This document shows, in pieces, positions 24,307-32,000 of a stretch of DNA of 32,000 bases. Made by a program: the position numbers and the translations under genes. Positions within the stretch are counted from its first letter, which is position 1, and every line of letters begins with the position of its first letter. The stretch lies in NCBI RefSeq assembly GCF_000284115.1, contig NC_017081.1, forward strand, positions 30,001 through 62,000, written 5' to 3'. The notes beneath the pieces were generated by a model. It ran no database searches. It was given only the letters and a program-made list of their open reading frames with translations, and was not told the DNA's origin. This DNA comes from Phycisphaera mikurensis NBRC 102666 (GTDB taxonomy: Bacteria; Planctomycetota; Phycisphaerae; Phycisphaerales; Phycisphaeraceae).

Positions 24307-25275
24307 ATGAGAGGGCCGATCGAGGAAGTTGGACCGGACCCTCAATCAATGGCGAAGCAGAAGACCTCCAGCGGCGTCGGGCAGGCCGAGCTGGAGGTCG
24401 TGAAGCGGGCGACGCTCACGGCCTTGGTCACCGACGATGGCCTCACCGACCGCCTCGTCCTCAAGGGCGGCAGCGCTCTCGAGATGATCTACGGAGTGTC
24501 CGACCGGTCCTCGATCGACCTCGACTTCTCCATGAGCAACACCTTCGCCGCGGAGGAACTCGGTCCTCTGCGAGACCGCATCGAGTCGCTTCTCTCGCGG
24601 AGCCTCGGCGAGATCGGTCTGCACGCCCTGGACGTGAAGCTGCAGCCGCGGCCGAAGAAGCTCACCGCCGACATCGCCGACTTCTGGGGCGGGCACGAGC
24701 TCTCCTTCAAGGTCATCTCCAAGCGGGTGGCCGAGTCCCACGCGGACCTCGACCAGCGACGGAACCGCGCCATCCAGGTCGGTGCCGGCGGCCGCGCCAG
24801 CTTCTCCGTCGACATCAGCTCCTTCGAGCACGTGGAGTCCAGGACCGAGCAGGAAGTCGATGGCTACACAGTGTTCGTCTACTCCCCCGCGATGATCGTG
24901 GCCGAGAAGCTGCGGGCGCTCTGCCAGCAGATGGTTGAATACGCCCCCGTGGTGAAGCGGGCCGGGCGGCCCGGGGCCCCGCGGGCCCGCGACTTCCTCG
25001 ACATCTTCAGCGTCGTCGAGCAGTGCCGCGTCGACACGACGACGCCGGAGCACCTCGACCTCGTGCAGCACACCTTCGCCGCCAAGAAGGTGCCCCTGCA
25101 CCTCCTGCAGAAAATCCGTGCAACCGAGGACTTTCATCGGATCAGCTGGCCGAGCGTCCAAGACACGGTCCTCCCCAGCCACGACCTGCAGCCGTTCGAG
25201 ACCTACTTCGCCTTCGTCGTGGAGCTGGCCCGCCAGCTGACAGCTGCGCTACCGGGCAGCGAGGATGGGGGCTGA
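24307..25275 (+). CDS. abiEii: AbiEii/AbiGii-family nucleotidyltransferase toxin (DUF1814)
   Basis: ORF track, 322 aa. The signature LVLKGGSALEMIYGVSDRSSIDLDFS (GG..L...Y...R.S.D.DF) is present, followed by AEKLRAL. An alternative start is ATG 24349. Confidence 0.8.
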   Translation: MRGPIEEVGPDPQSMAKQKTSSGVGQAELEVVKRATLTALVTDDGLTDRLVLKGGSALEMIYGVSDRSSIDLDFSMSNTFAAEELGPLRDRIESLLSRSLGEIGLHALDVKLQPRPKKLTADIADFWGGHELSFKVISKRVAESHADLDQRRNRAIQVGAGGRASFSVDISSFEHVESRTEQEVDGYTVFVYSPAMIVAEKLRALCQQMVEYAPVVKRAGRPGAPRARDFLDIFSVVEQCRVDTTTPEHLDLVQHTFAAKKVPLHLLQKIRATEDFHRISWPSVQDTVLPSHDLQPFETYFAFVVELARQLTAALPGSEDGG

Positions 25276-25283
25276 CGCTCGAT

Positions 25284-26177
25284 TCAGAATCCAGCGGGAA
25301 CGTGGAGCTTCCAGCGGGGGACGTACTCGGTCTTGCCCATCCGGTACCCGAGGTAAAAGTCGAACTCGAAGTCGAACTTTGACCTGAATCGTTCGATCAG
25401 CTCGGGCTTGAAGGCACCGCTCCGCTCCAGATAGAAGCCGATCGACTGGTGGTACGGGTAGCGGTAGCCGATCTTCTTGAGCAACGCCGCGAGGCGGTTG
25501 ATGGAGACGCCGGGCTCAAGAGCCCCGGCAAGCTCGTACGCCTTGAGCACCTCCCCAACGCCGCCGCAGTAGTCCGCCCGCACCGTTGCGTCGATCAAGG
25601 CCCGCTCGGCCCCCGCCACCGGCAGCTCGACCGCCCGTCCCTCGAGATCGAAAGACCGCGTCTCGACACCGGCGTTGCCGGTGTTCATCCCGTTGAGGAT
25701 CACGATCGTGTTGCCCCCGTGTTCCACCCGATTGGTGGTGGTTCGCTGCTTCCCCGCGAACGCCCGGTCGATGGCCAGCTGCTCCATCTCGCCGCTCGGC
25801 GGTGGCTTTGGCGTCTGCTCGTCGTTCAGGTAGATCGTTTTGGGGTTCTGCTCGGTGAGCCCGTGCAGCACGAGGGCCGTGTAGTGACAGAAGTAACCCC
25901 GCGTCTTCAGGGTGGCCAGCACCGCCAGCAGCGGAACATCGCCCCACACGTACCGCGTCTCGGGGCGGAAGGGGAAGGCGAACTTGAGGATCCGCAGCTC
26001 ACCATGCTGGCAGAGGTCCTTCACGAACTCCGACCGGCTCGTTCTGTGGGCGAGCTTCCAGCCCTCCCGCTGTTCATCGAAGACCTGAGAAAGCTCCTTC
26101 AGCCGGAAGACCTTCGTCCCCGACTCATCGAAGAAGCCCTTGATGCGGGGACGTGCGAGTTGAAGACGAGTGGCCAT
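25284..26177 (-). CDS. abiEi: AbiEi-like antitoxin/transcriptional regulator (COG5340-like)
   Basis: ORF 25284-26321, with the start reset to ATG 26177 (MATRLQLARPR...). It contains GYFCHYTALVLHGLTEQNPKTIYL, AGAERALIDATVRADYCGG and YRYPYHQSIGFYLE, motifs I associate with AbiEi-type antitoxins. Confidence 0.65.
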   Translation of the reverse strand: MATRLQLARPRIKGFFDESGTKVFRLKELSQVFDEQREGWKLAHRTSRSEFVKDLCQHGELRILKFAFPFRPETRYVWGDVPLLAVLATLKTRGYFCHYTALVLHGLTEQNPKTIYLNDEQTPKPPPSGEMEQLAIDRAFAGKQRTTTNRVEHGGNTIVILNGMNTGNAGVETRSFDLEGRAVELPVAGAERALIDATVRADYCGGVGEVLKAYELAGALEPGVSINRLAALLKKIGYRYPYHQSIGFYLERSGAFKPELIERFRSKFDFEFDFYLGYRMGKTEYVPRWKLHVPAGF

Positions 26178-26193
26178 AAACAACACCGGATCA

Positions 26194-26227
26194 TGTGGTC
26201 GTGTCGTATATATACTGCACGACCACA
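26194..26227. promoter_or_regulatory. 34-bp near-perfect palindrome (15/17 pairs) centred on TATATATA, a candidate AbiEi autoregulatory operator/promoter
   Basis: The sequence is TGTGGTCGTGTCGTATA|TATACTGCACGACCACA. It begins 17 nt upstream of the abiEi ATG, in an AT-rich stretch. Confidence 0.5.
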
Positions 26228-26420
26228 AGCTCTGGCACTTCACCTGCTGGATGGCTCTGAAATGGGTTAGAGAGACCTCCCGCTGGCTGATCTTTATCGC
26301 GTGCGGATGTAGTCTATACACTGCAACGCCGCATCTCCCTATGCCGCGGAAGCGAGCCGAGCATGCCCCCGTGAACCAACATTGCTCCAGCGGGTGCCAG
26401 AGGATGCGGCTTGCACAGCT

Positions 26421-27518
26421 TTACATCCATTCTGAATCAGTGGCGGGTGGGTGCGCGGATGACTCTCGGGCTTCGGGCTCCGGTGCGGGAGCAGGCGACT
26501 TGACAGCCTCGGGTGCCGGTGAACCCAGGAGATGGTCTACCGCCTCCAGTTCGGTGGCCTGGTTGGTCATCGTGGCAACCCCGGCCTCCACCACAAACCG
26601 GATGATCTCCACGTAGATGTAGTCCCGGAGCACGCCGGGGAAGCTCCGTGGGATTAGAAATCGACCTATCCGCGTGGCGGCCTCAACGGTAGCGTTCCAA
26701 GCGGTTCCTTCAGGCGGCCCCTTGCCCTCCCGCTCCATGTCCTCGTCCAAAGCTGCAACCGCTTCAACGGCCGCTTCGACCTCATCGACCGTAGGGTCAT
26801 CACCTGCGTCGGTCATCGGCATCTGGTCGAGCAAGGCGTTGATCGCTTCAACGCCCGCCTGATCCGCAAAGGCCCTCTTGAGCAGTGTGTCGACCGTTCC
26901 GGCCAGATTGTGGTGATCCAAGCGATCGACGAGTGGACGGGCGGACGCCACGAGTCGCGTGAGGTCGACAGATTCCTGGGCCCGGGCCATCCTTGAGATC
27001 GACTCGTCGATGCGGTCGAGGATGGCATCGGAGCGAAGGATTCCCTCCATCCGACGGCTCGCCTCCGCGATCCAGGCGGTCTGCTCCATGCCTCTCTGGA
27101 GCGTCTCGTCCAGTCGGGTTGCAAGTAGCTCCGTCGTGTTCGAGATCGTAGAGGCGTCGCGAAGCTGCTGAAACTGCTTCAGGTCGTCAGTCACTCGCGC
27201 AGCGAACATCGCGTCGGCGCCCGTGTACCAGCGGGTGGTGGAGGCGATGCGGTCGTGCAACTCCTTCATCCTCCGGGCGTCGTCGGCCAACCGTGCAATC
27301 ACAGGACTGGAAGCGAGCTCGACGGCGAAGTGCCTGTCGGCGAACGCCTTATCGGCCGCCGCGGTTTCATACATCCGCGGGTCGAAGGAGGGGTTGAGGC
27401 TGTCGGTCACGCGGATCCTGGAGAGCTTGAATGATGGACGCAGTGACCATATGTCCCCACACCAACCAGAGAGGGCAACGACTCCCTTGGCTGACCGAGC
27501 CGTTACTGGACTGTTCAA
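26421..27518 (-). CDS. Hypothetical acidic, predominantly helical protein (unknown family)
   Basis: ORF track, 365 aa, with a TTG start. An alternative ATG is at 27374 (MYETAAADKAF...). GC is lower than in the island. It is the only long non-shadow frame here. Confidence 0.5.
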   Translation of the reverse strand: MNSPVTARSAKGVVALSGWCGDIWSLRPSFKLSRIRVTDSLNPSFDPRMYETAAADKAFADRHFAVELASSPVIARLADDARRMKELHDRIASTTRWYTGADAMFAARVTDDLKQFQQLRDASTISNTTELLATRLDETLQRGMEQTAWIAEASRRMEGILRSDAILDRIDESISRMARAQESVDLTRLVASARPLVDRLDHHNLAGTVDTLLKRAFADQAGVEAINALLDQMPMTDAGDDPTVDEVEAAVEAVAALDEDMEREGKGPPEGTAWNATVEAATRIGRFLIPRSFPGVLRDYIYVEIIRFVVEAGVATMTNQATELEAVDHLLGSPAPEAVKSPAPAPEPEARESSAHPPATDSEWM

Positions 27519-27553
27519 ACGTCCAGGCCGTTACACGCAGCACACAAACCCTT

Positions 27554-27583
27554 TTGTGGCAACACTTTACAAAGTCCTATAAT
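27554..27583 (+). promoter_or_regulatory. Candidate promoter TTGTGG-N18-TATAAT in the most AT-rich stretch of the window
   Basis: TTGTGG is at 27554-27559 and a consensus TATAAT at 27578-27583. The stretch 27541-27600 is about 32% GC by direct count. It lies in the divergent region between 27518(-) and 27705(+). Confidence 0.35.
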
Positions 27584-27648
27584 CTTAATTATGTATAGTC
27601 GTCAGGTTTTTGGACGGTAGGGCGGTCTCGCTACCTGCAGCCACAACG

Positions 27649-27661
27649 GGTGTGGCACACC
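27649..27661. promoter_or_regulatory. 13-bp palindrome GGTGTG-G-CACACC upstream of the 97-aa gene
   Basis: Read directly. It overlaps the alternative hairpin GCCACA-N5-TGTGGC (27640-27656) and lies 44 nt upstream of ATG 27705. Confidence 0.3.
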
Positions 27662-27704
27662 ACCAAACCTAGCTCCCGCAAGCGGCACGAGGTAGAAGCT
27701 CACC

Positions 27705-27998
27705 ATGCCCGACAAACCTCTGAAAGAGGACGAGAAACGAGAGTGGATGCTCGCCCTCGCTCACACGTTCCCGTCGCACCAGCAGTTGAGGATCTGGGAC
27801 ACCGAGGCGGTTGACCACCGAGCGACGCACGGAGCCAGCCACGGCGAGAAGGTCACCGCCCAGTTCCTCCTGAGCGTCTGGAACCAGTGGCACGCCTACG
27901 ACGCCGGAGCCTTCGACCTGTTCGAGGCCGTGCGGGTTTGGGACGAGGAGCACTTGAAGGCGTTCCAGGCGTGGGCTTCAGATCCGGTCTGTTTTTGA
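27705..27998 (+). CDS. Small hypothetical protein, reminiscent of conserved ICE/plasmid backbone proteins
   Basis: ORF track, 97 aa. The segment AQFLLSVWNQWHAYDAGAFDLFEAVRVWDEEHLKAF recalls a FLLxxxN...FDL...D motif I associate with small ICE-borne proteins. The family is not verified. Confidence 0.45.
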   Translation: MPDKPLKEDEKREWMLALAHTFPSHQQLRIWDTEAVDHRATHGASHGEKVTAQFLLSVWNQWHAYDAGAFDLFEAVRVWDEEHLKAFQAWASDPVCF

Positions 27999-28175
27999 GA
28001 GTTCTGGCGAGTGCTGCCCTCCCGATAGAAGACGTTTTCGAGCGCGCTCTCGTGCTCCTGGAGGCCCTGGCGCTCTGACCTGATGGCGCTTACACTTCCC
28101 GCACACGGATGTGGTGTTGGTGGATCCTGCCCCGGCCCCGCCGCCGCAGAATCTTCTTCCTTTGAGGTCGTCACG

Positions 28176-29180
28176 ATGATGTCGCAGCTCACCCTGGCGG
28201 ACGCGACCCCAGAGCGTCGGAAGCTGACGGCGGTGGAGTTCAGCGGGCTCACCGAGGTTCCGGAGGCGGCGACGTGGTTCGCCAACCTCGACAACGAGAA
28301 CACGAGGCGTGCCTACCAAGCCGATGTGCGGGATTTCATGGAGTTCCTGGGCATCCGGGAGCCCGAGGACCTGCGGGCGGTCACCCGGGCCCACGTGATC
28401 GCTTGGCGGACATCGCTGACGGAGGCACCAGAGGACGGTGGTCGGGGCCTCGCGCCGGCCTCGGTGCAGCGGAAGCTCGGTGCGGTGTCCTCGCTCTTCG
28501 AGCACCTCTGTGACCGCAACGCGGTGGCGGGCAATCCGGTCCGCGGGGTGAAGCGTCCATCGCGGGACGTCCAGGCCGGGCGGACCCCCGCCCTCGGTGA
28601 CGAGGAGGCACAACGACTGCTCGATGCACCGAAGGGCAACGGGCTGAAGGCCCTCCGGGACCGAGCGATCCTGTCCTGCTACCTCTTCCATGCGCTGCGT
28701 CGCTCGGAGCTTGCCTCCCTCACGGTCGGCAGCATCACCCGGCGACGCGGGGTGCCGCACCTCACCGTCCTCGGCAAGGGCGGGAAGACTCGATACGTCC
28801 CCGCACATCAGGGGACACTCGCCGCCATCCGCGCTTACCTCGCCGAGGCGGGTCATGGCGACGATCCCGCCGCCCCCCTCTTCCGGCCGGTCGTGAACCC
28901 GGCCGGCTCCCCCGATCGGGGCATCAGCGGGGACGGGATCTACGTGGCGGTGAAGAAGTACGCCGCCGAGGCTGGCATTGAGGTCGAGGGCCTGTGCCTG
29001 CACGCCCTCCGCGCCACGGCCGCGACCAACGCCCTTGAGAACGGGGCGGACCTGGCCGCCGTCCAAGAATGGCTCGGTCACGCCAGCATCGAGACCACCC
29101 GCCTCTACGACCACCGGCACGTGCGGGCGCATGATTCGCCGACGTTCAGCGTGCGGTACGGGTCGGCGGAATCATCCTGA
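28176..29180 (+). CDS. Tyrosine-type site-specific recombinase/integrase
   Basis: ORF 28083-29180, with ATG 28176 preceded by GAGG 8 nt upstream. It has an N-terminal SAM-like core-binding region (TRRAYQADVRDFMEF, VQRKLGAVSSLFEHL). The catalytic motifs are LRRSE, HALRATAAT and LGHASIETTRLY. Confidence 0.85.
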   Translation: MMSQLTLADATPERRKLTAVEFSGLTEVPEAATWFANLDNENTRRAYQADVRDFMEFLGIREPEDLRAVTRAHVIAWRTSLTEAPEDGGRGLAPASVQRKLGAVSSLFEHLCDRNAVAGNPVRGVKRPSRDVQAGRTPALGDEEAQRLLDAPKGNGLKALRDRAILSCYLFHALRRSELASLTVGSITRRRGVPHLTVLGKGGKTRYVPAHQGTLAAIRAYLAEAGHGDDPAAPLFRPVVNPAGSPDRGISGDGIYVAVKKYAAEAGIEVEGLCLHALRATAATNALENGADLAAVQEWLGHASIETTRLYDHRHVRAHDSPTFSVRYGSAESS

Positions 29181-29210
29181 GCGCGGCCGGTCCACCGGAG
29201 TTCTTTCACC

Positions 29211-30287
29211 ATGCCCGATGCCCCTCAACCCTTCCTGGCCATGTACCGCGAAAGCGTCGCCGCCTGGTGCGGCAGCATGCCCGAGGGGTTGTTGTGCCCC
29301 TTCTCCGGCTTGGATGTCTCAGAGACGTCTCTTTGCCAAGGCCATTTGATTCCGAAGTGCGTCGACCACTGGCGCGGCGGCGGAACGGTCCCCCAGCACG
29401 CTGAGCTTGACCACTACTTCGGCCGCACCCTGGACCGTGAATTGGCGAAGCTGGTCGCCAATGGCCGCCAGCCGCTGTTGAGTGCGCTCGCCAACGCGGA
29501 CCGGATCCGCATCCAGCACGAAACCGATGACCCATGCTCGAGCGATGTCTGGGCATATCCCAAGGGTGAGATGTCTCCAGGCAAGGCGGCCAAGGCAGGC
29601 GCCGCGGTCTTGCAATTTCACCCGGACGGGGAGTCACCCTTGACGTTCTCGATCCGGGCTTCGCCGATGGACCTCGCCCGCCTGCGTCGTACCGAACCTC
29701 TGAACCTTCGTCTTCACGCGGAAGGCGGCGTCGCTGATCTGCGGCTCGGTGGCGCAGCATTGGTTCGAGCTGCGTTTCTCATGTGGTTTCGGAGCGACCC
29801 GATGTTCGCGTTCTGCAACAACCTCCGCGGATGGATCGTCGATCCCTTCGTGCAGGCCTTTCAGGAGGACCGCCGACTCGAGGAGTGCGGTGACCTGTAT
29901 GACCGCTTCGAGGGAAGCGTGAAGGTGTTGTCAATCAAGCCGAACCCGAGGCCCGAGCAGGTAGAGGCCCTGGACTCGCTGAAAGCGGGTCACTACGTGA
30001 TGCACACAACCACCCAGCGTTTCCCGGATCTGGCTCCTTTTGCCATCTCGGCGCTGCTTCGCGGCAGCCGACACGCATCCCTCGCCATCACCCTGCCTTT
30101 CGCTACGCGCCCAGAAAACCGGGAGGAGAGCCTCCAGCTCTACCGCAGGTACCAGACGGACCCAGCATGGCCACACACCCGGACCTTCGTGCGGCTCGAA
30201 CCCGGTGCGTTCGACGTGTACACCGGGCTTCCCGGGCCGGATGCAGAACGGAAGAGCTTCCGCAGCGGAACCAAGCTTGCCGCCTGA
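29211..30287 (+). CDS. Hypothetical protein with possible N-terminal HNH-like nuclease motif
   Basis: ORF track, 358 aa, starting 30 nt after the integrase. The segment CPFSGLDVSETSLCQGHLIPK...QHAELDHYFG resembles the C..G...(A/G)H(I/L)IP...H..FD pattern of HNH_2-type domains. The rest is unrecognised. Confidence 0.45.
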   Translation: MPDAPQPFLAMYRESVAAWCGSMPEGLLCPFSGLDVSETSLCQGHLIPKCVDHWRGGGTVPQHAELDHYFGRTLDRELAKLVANGRQPLLSALANADRIRIQHETDDPCSSDVWAYPKGEMSPGKAAKAGAAVLQFHPDGESPLTFSIRASPMDLARLRRTEPLNLRLHAEGGVADLRLGGAALVRAAFLMWFRSDPMFAFCNNLRGWIVDPFVQAFQEDRRLEECGDLYDRFEGSVKVLSIKPNPRPEQVEALDSLKAGHYVMHTTTQRFPDLAPFAISALLRGSRHASLAITLPFATRPENREESLQLYRRYQTDPAWPHTRTFVRLEPGAFDVYTGLPGPDAERKSFRSGTKLAA

Positions 30288-30306
30288 GAGAAGCACCGTG
30301 ACACGC

Positions 30307-30552
30307 TCATGCTGATGAAGAGAGCTTCTGCCGCGTCCACGCTTTGAAGCCGGGGTCGGCCGACAGGAAGTGTTCGAGGATGGCGACGCCAAGCTTCTGC
30401 TTGGTGGCCAAATCGCCGTGATGCTCCCGGTGATAGCTGACATACGCGTCCAGCTCTTGGTTGAGCTTTGGCGGAAGGGACAGCGCGAGGCGTTCGACCT
30501 TCCCCTCCGGGGGAAGGGGACCGAGAACGGGGGCGGCGGGGCTGGAGGGCAT
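30307..30552 (-). CDS. DUF2274-like small protein that commonly follows trbI
   Basis: ORF track, 81 aa. The pattern LGPLPPEGKVERLALSLPPKLNQELDAYVSYH...LATKQKLGVAILEHFLSADPGFKAW matches the LGPLPdxkpvkltv.lp..l...L..Ya pattern seen downstream of trbI in ICEs and plasmids. Confidence 0.65.
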   Translation of the reverse strand: MPSSPAAPVLGPLPPEGKVERLALSLPPKLNQELDAYVSYHREHHGDLATKQKLGVAILEHFLSADPGFKAWTRQKLSSSA

Positions 30553-30557
30553 GGGGA

Positions 30558-31886
30558 TCAGTACCGGTAGGGCTCAAGGAGGAGGTCTTCTTCCACCAGC
30601 ACGCGAACCCGTGCGCCCTGGCGGATCTTGATCGTGGGTTGAACGTCGAGCACCCGGTCGACGATGCGGCCGCCAACCCGCGTGGACTCGAGGGCGACGG
30701 AGTCGCCGATGAGGTCTTCGTCTCGGCCGCTGTCGCGGTCCCGGGCAGAGTTGGCCCCGTAGGTGATGGCGGTCGAGAGCAGCACGCCGCCGAGCAGGCG
30801 ATCGAGGTGGTAGTCCACCTTGTCCTTCACGCCGGCCGCTCCGGTGGGGTCTGTGCCGAGCAACGCGTCGAGGATCAGCGAGCTGCCATCGGGGAACAGC
30901 AGCCGCTCCCACACCAGCAGCGCCCGGTCCTGCCCGTTGCTCACGAGGCTGTCGTAGCTGCCCAGCAGCCGGGCCCCCTGCGGGATGAGCAGGTGCTGCC
31001 CGGTCACCGAATCGTAGACCGGAGAGGTCACCTGGGCGACGATGCGCCCGGGCAGGTCGGTGTTGATGGCGGTGAGGAGGCTCGCGGCGACGGTGCTCCC
31101 AGCCTGCAGCGTGTACGGGCTTGACGGCTGTCTCAGCCGCTCTGGCAGCACCGGCCGCACCCCCCCACCGCCCTCCTCGGTGAAGGCCCGCTTCTCCAAC
31201 TGGAGGTTCGTGTCCACCGTCGGCGTCCTCTCCGCCACCAGCGGCGACACCGGCGTTTCAATCCCGCCGAGGGATCCGGCGCCTGGGGCGAGGCCCGGGC
31301 CGAAGAGATCTGTCCCGGCGGATCCGGCGGCAGCCGGCAGCGGCGGCGCAAAGAAGACGGAGCTGCGATACGCCGTCGCGCTCGCCTCTTCGCTCGCCCG
31401 CTGGATCGCCTCCACCTTGGCCATGAGATCGGCGACCTCCGCCGCCGTGGGACCGGAGGGCATTCCGGCGCCTTGCGGAGCTGCTTCGCTCGTGACTGGC
31501 GTCGCGGAGGCCACAGATTCGGGTGCCGCTGCAGAAGCCCCGGTGGCGGTGGCGGCCGTGGCTCCCGTTGTCTCCGACACGAGGCTCGCGTAGGAGAGCG
31601 GTCCGAAGTCGCGTGGGTCGGCGTCTCCATACGTCACGGGCAGGCGCATCGTGGCGGTCGGCGTCGCCACCGAGCGGACCGGTGCACTTTGCGCCTGCTC
31701 CTCGGCCGGGACCGGGTCAGAGGAACCCCACATCAGGATCGCCGCCACCACTACGACCAACACGCCCACCGCCACGGCCACCGTCCGCTTGTTGACGCCG
31801 ACAACCCGTTCGTCCACAGCGGTGCCCGGCTCGCCATCGATGGCGTCCTCGAAGCTCTCCTTGCTCGCACCGGGGGTGGACATCAC
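30558..31886 (-). CDS. trbI: Conjugal transfer protein TrbI (VirB10 family)
   Basis: ORF track, 442 aa. It has an N-terminal TM (VAVAVGVLVVVVAAILMW), a Pro/Ala-rich linker and a C-terminal VirB10 domain (LQAGSTVAASLLTAINTDLPGRIVAQVTSPVYD...LLIPQGARLLGSY...DRALLVWERLLFPDGSS). Confidence 0.9.
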   Translation of the reverse strand: MMSTPGASKESFEDAIDGEPGTAVDERVVGVNKRTVAVAVGVLVVVVAAILMWGSSDPVPAEEQAQSAPVRSVATPTATMRLPVTYGDADPRDFGPLSYASLVSETTGATAATATGASAAAPESVASATPVTSEAAPQGAGMPSGPTAAEVADLMAKVEAIQRASEEASATAYRSSVFFAPPLPAAAGSAGTDLFGPGLAPGAGSLGGIETPVSPLVAERTPTVDTNLQLEKRAFTEEGGGGVRPVLPERLRQPSSPYTLQAGSTVAASLLTAINTDLPGRIVAQVTSPVYDSVTGQHLLIPQGARLLGSYDSLVSNGQDRALLVWERLLFPDGSSLILDALLGTDPTGAAGVKDKVDYHLDRLLGGVLLSTAITYGANSARDRDSGRDEDLIGDSVALESTRVGGRIVDRVLDVQPTIKIRQGARVRVLVEEDLLLEPYRY

Positions 31887-32000
31887 GGCGCCTCCCCGAA
31901 GAAACCGCCCTCGTAGGCGATGACGACCTCGTCCGCCGCGTCCTTGCCCACCTTCAGCACCGCGGTGTCGAAGACGGTGTCGACGACGTACAGCCCATTC
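31883..32000 (-). CDS. trbG: C-terminal end of a TrbG/VirB9-like protein (the gene enters from the right edge)
   Basis: Hand-translated as ...NGLYVVDTVFDTAVLKVGKDAADEVVIAYEGGFFGEAP*. The stop TGA at 31885-31883 overlaps the trbI start, and the position immediately upstream of trbI fits the trbG-trbI order. Confidence 0.55.
   Translation of the reverse strand, partial: NGLYVVDTVFDTAVLKVGKDAADEVVIAYEGGFFGEAP

Larger units (their letters stand above)
24307..32000. mobile_element. Conjugative-element/plasmid backbone segment (TA module, integrase, Trb-type T4SS end)
   Basis: The segment combines abiE genes, a tyrosine integrase, the DUF2274-like gene, trbI and trbG, and shows a GC drop around 25.3-27.7 kb. 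No element ends (att sites or direct repeats) could be identified by eye, so the metal island to the left may be cargo of the same element. Confidence 0.5.

Noticed and set aside
23959-24345. ORFs 23959-24174(+), 24077-24310(+) and 23935-24345(-) in the 368-bp gap
   Set aside because: All are Arg/Gly/Pro-rich with no SD and overlap one another, so I treat the region as non-coding.
26170-26616. 148-aa plus-strand ORF, and the N-terminal extension of the abiEi ORF to 26321
   Set aside because: Both run through the AT-rich palindromic promoter region. The plus-strand ORF also overlaps the end of the 365-aa gene, and neither has a recognisable motif.
27519-28175. Search for a tRNA gene or att core next to the integrase
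   Set aside because: I could fold no cloverleaf-like sequence and saw no T-loop (GTTCGAATC-like) motif. The only structures are short palindromes. An 8-mer shared with 23421-23428 (GGCACACC) is too short to be meaningful.

Overview
High-GC (about 70% by eye) Gram-negative-type DNA. All family calls rest on motif recognition in the translated ORFs and manual reading of the DNA; no database search was possible. Positions 1-23.4 kb form a dense metal-resistance island with two modules. (1) The copper module is centred on a CsoR repressor (5213-5557). Three copies of a TACCCC-N3-GGGGTA palindrome sit in front of csoR/csp, in front of a K-channel-like/APC-permease unit that also carries an unannotated 42-aa peptide, and in front of a five-gene operon of uncharacterised exported Cys/His/Met-rich proteins. 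The plus strand carries a Csp-like Cys-rich four-helix-bundle protein, a small lipoprotein-like ORF, a TolC-family outer membrane protein, a Tat-exported multicopper oxidase and a CPC-type Cu(I) P1B ATPase. (2) The divalent-cation module has a small Cys/His leader protein and czcCBA (DFG..D..EN type RND pump). It continues with a His-rich mini-lipoprotein, a CDF lacking the C-terminal domain, an SPC/HEGST (P1B-4-like) ATPase and a translationally coupled LpxR-family lipid A deacylase. Positions 23.4-32 kb are mobile or accessory backbone: an orphan ORF, a convergent AbiEii/AbiEi pair with a 34-bp palindromic operator, and a lower-GC patch with two unknown proteins. They also hold a tyrosine integrase with an HNH-like partner, and the distal end of a Trb-type T4SS (DUF2274-like, TrbI, 3' end of TrbG). 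Most long ORFs antisense to these genes are high-GC shadow ORFs. No rRNA, tRNA or CRISPR array was seen.
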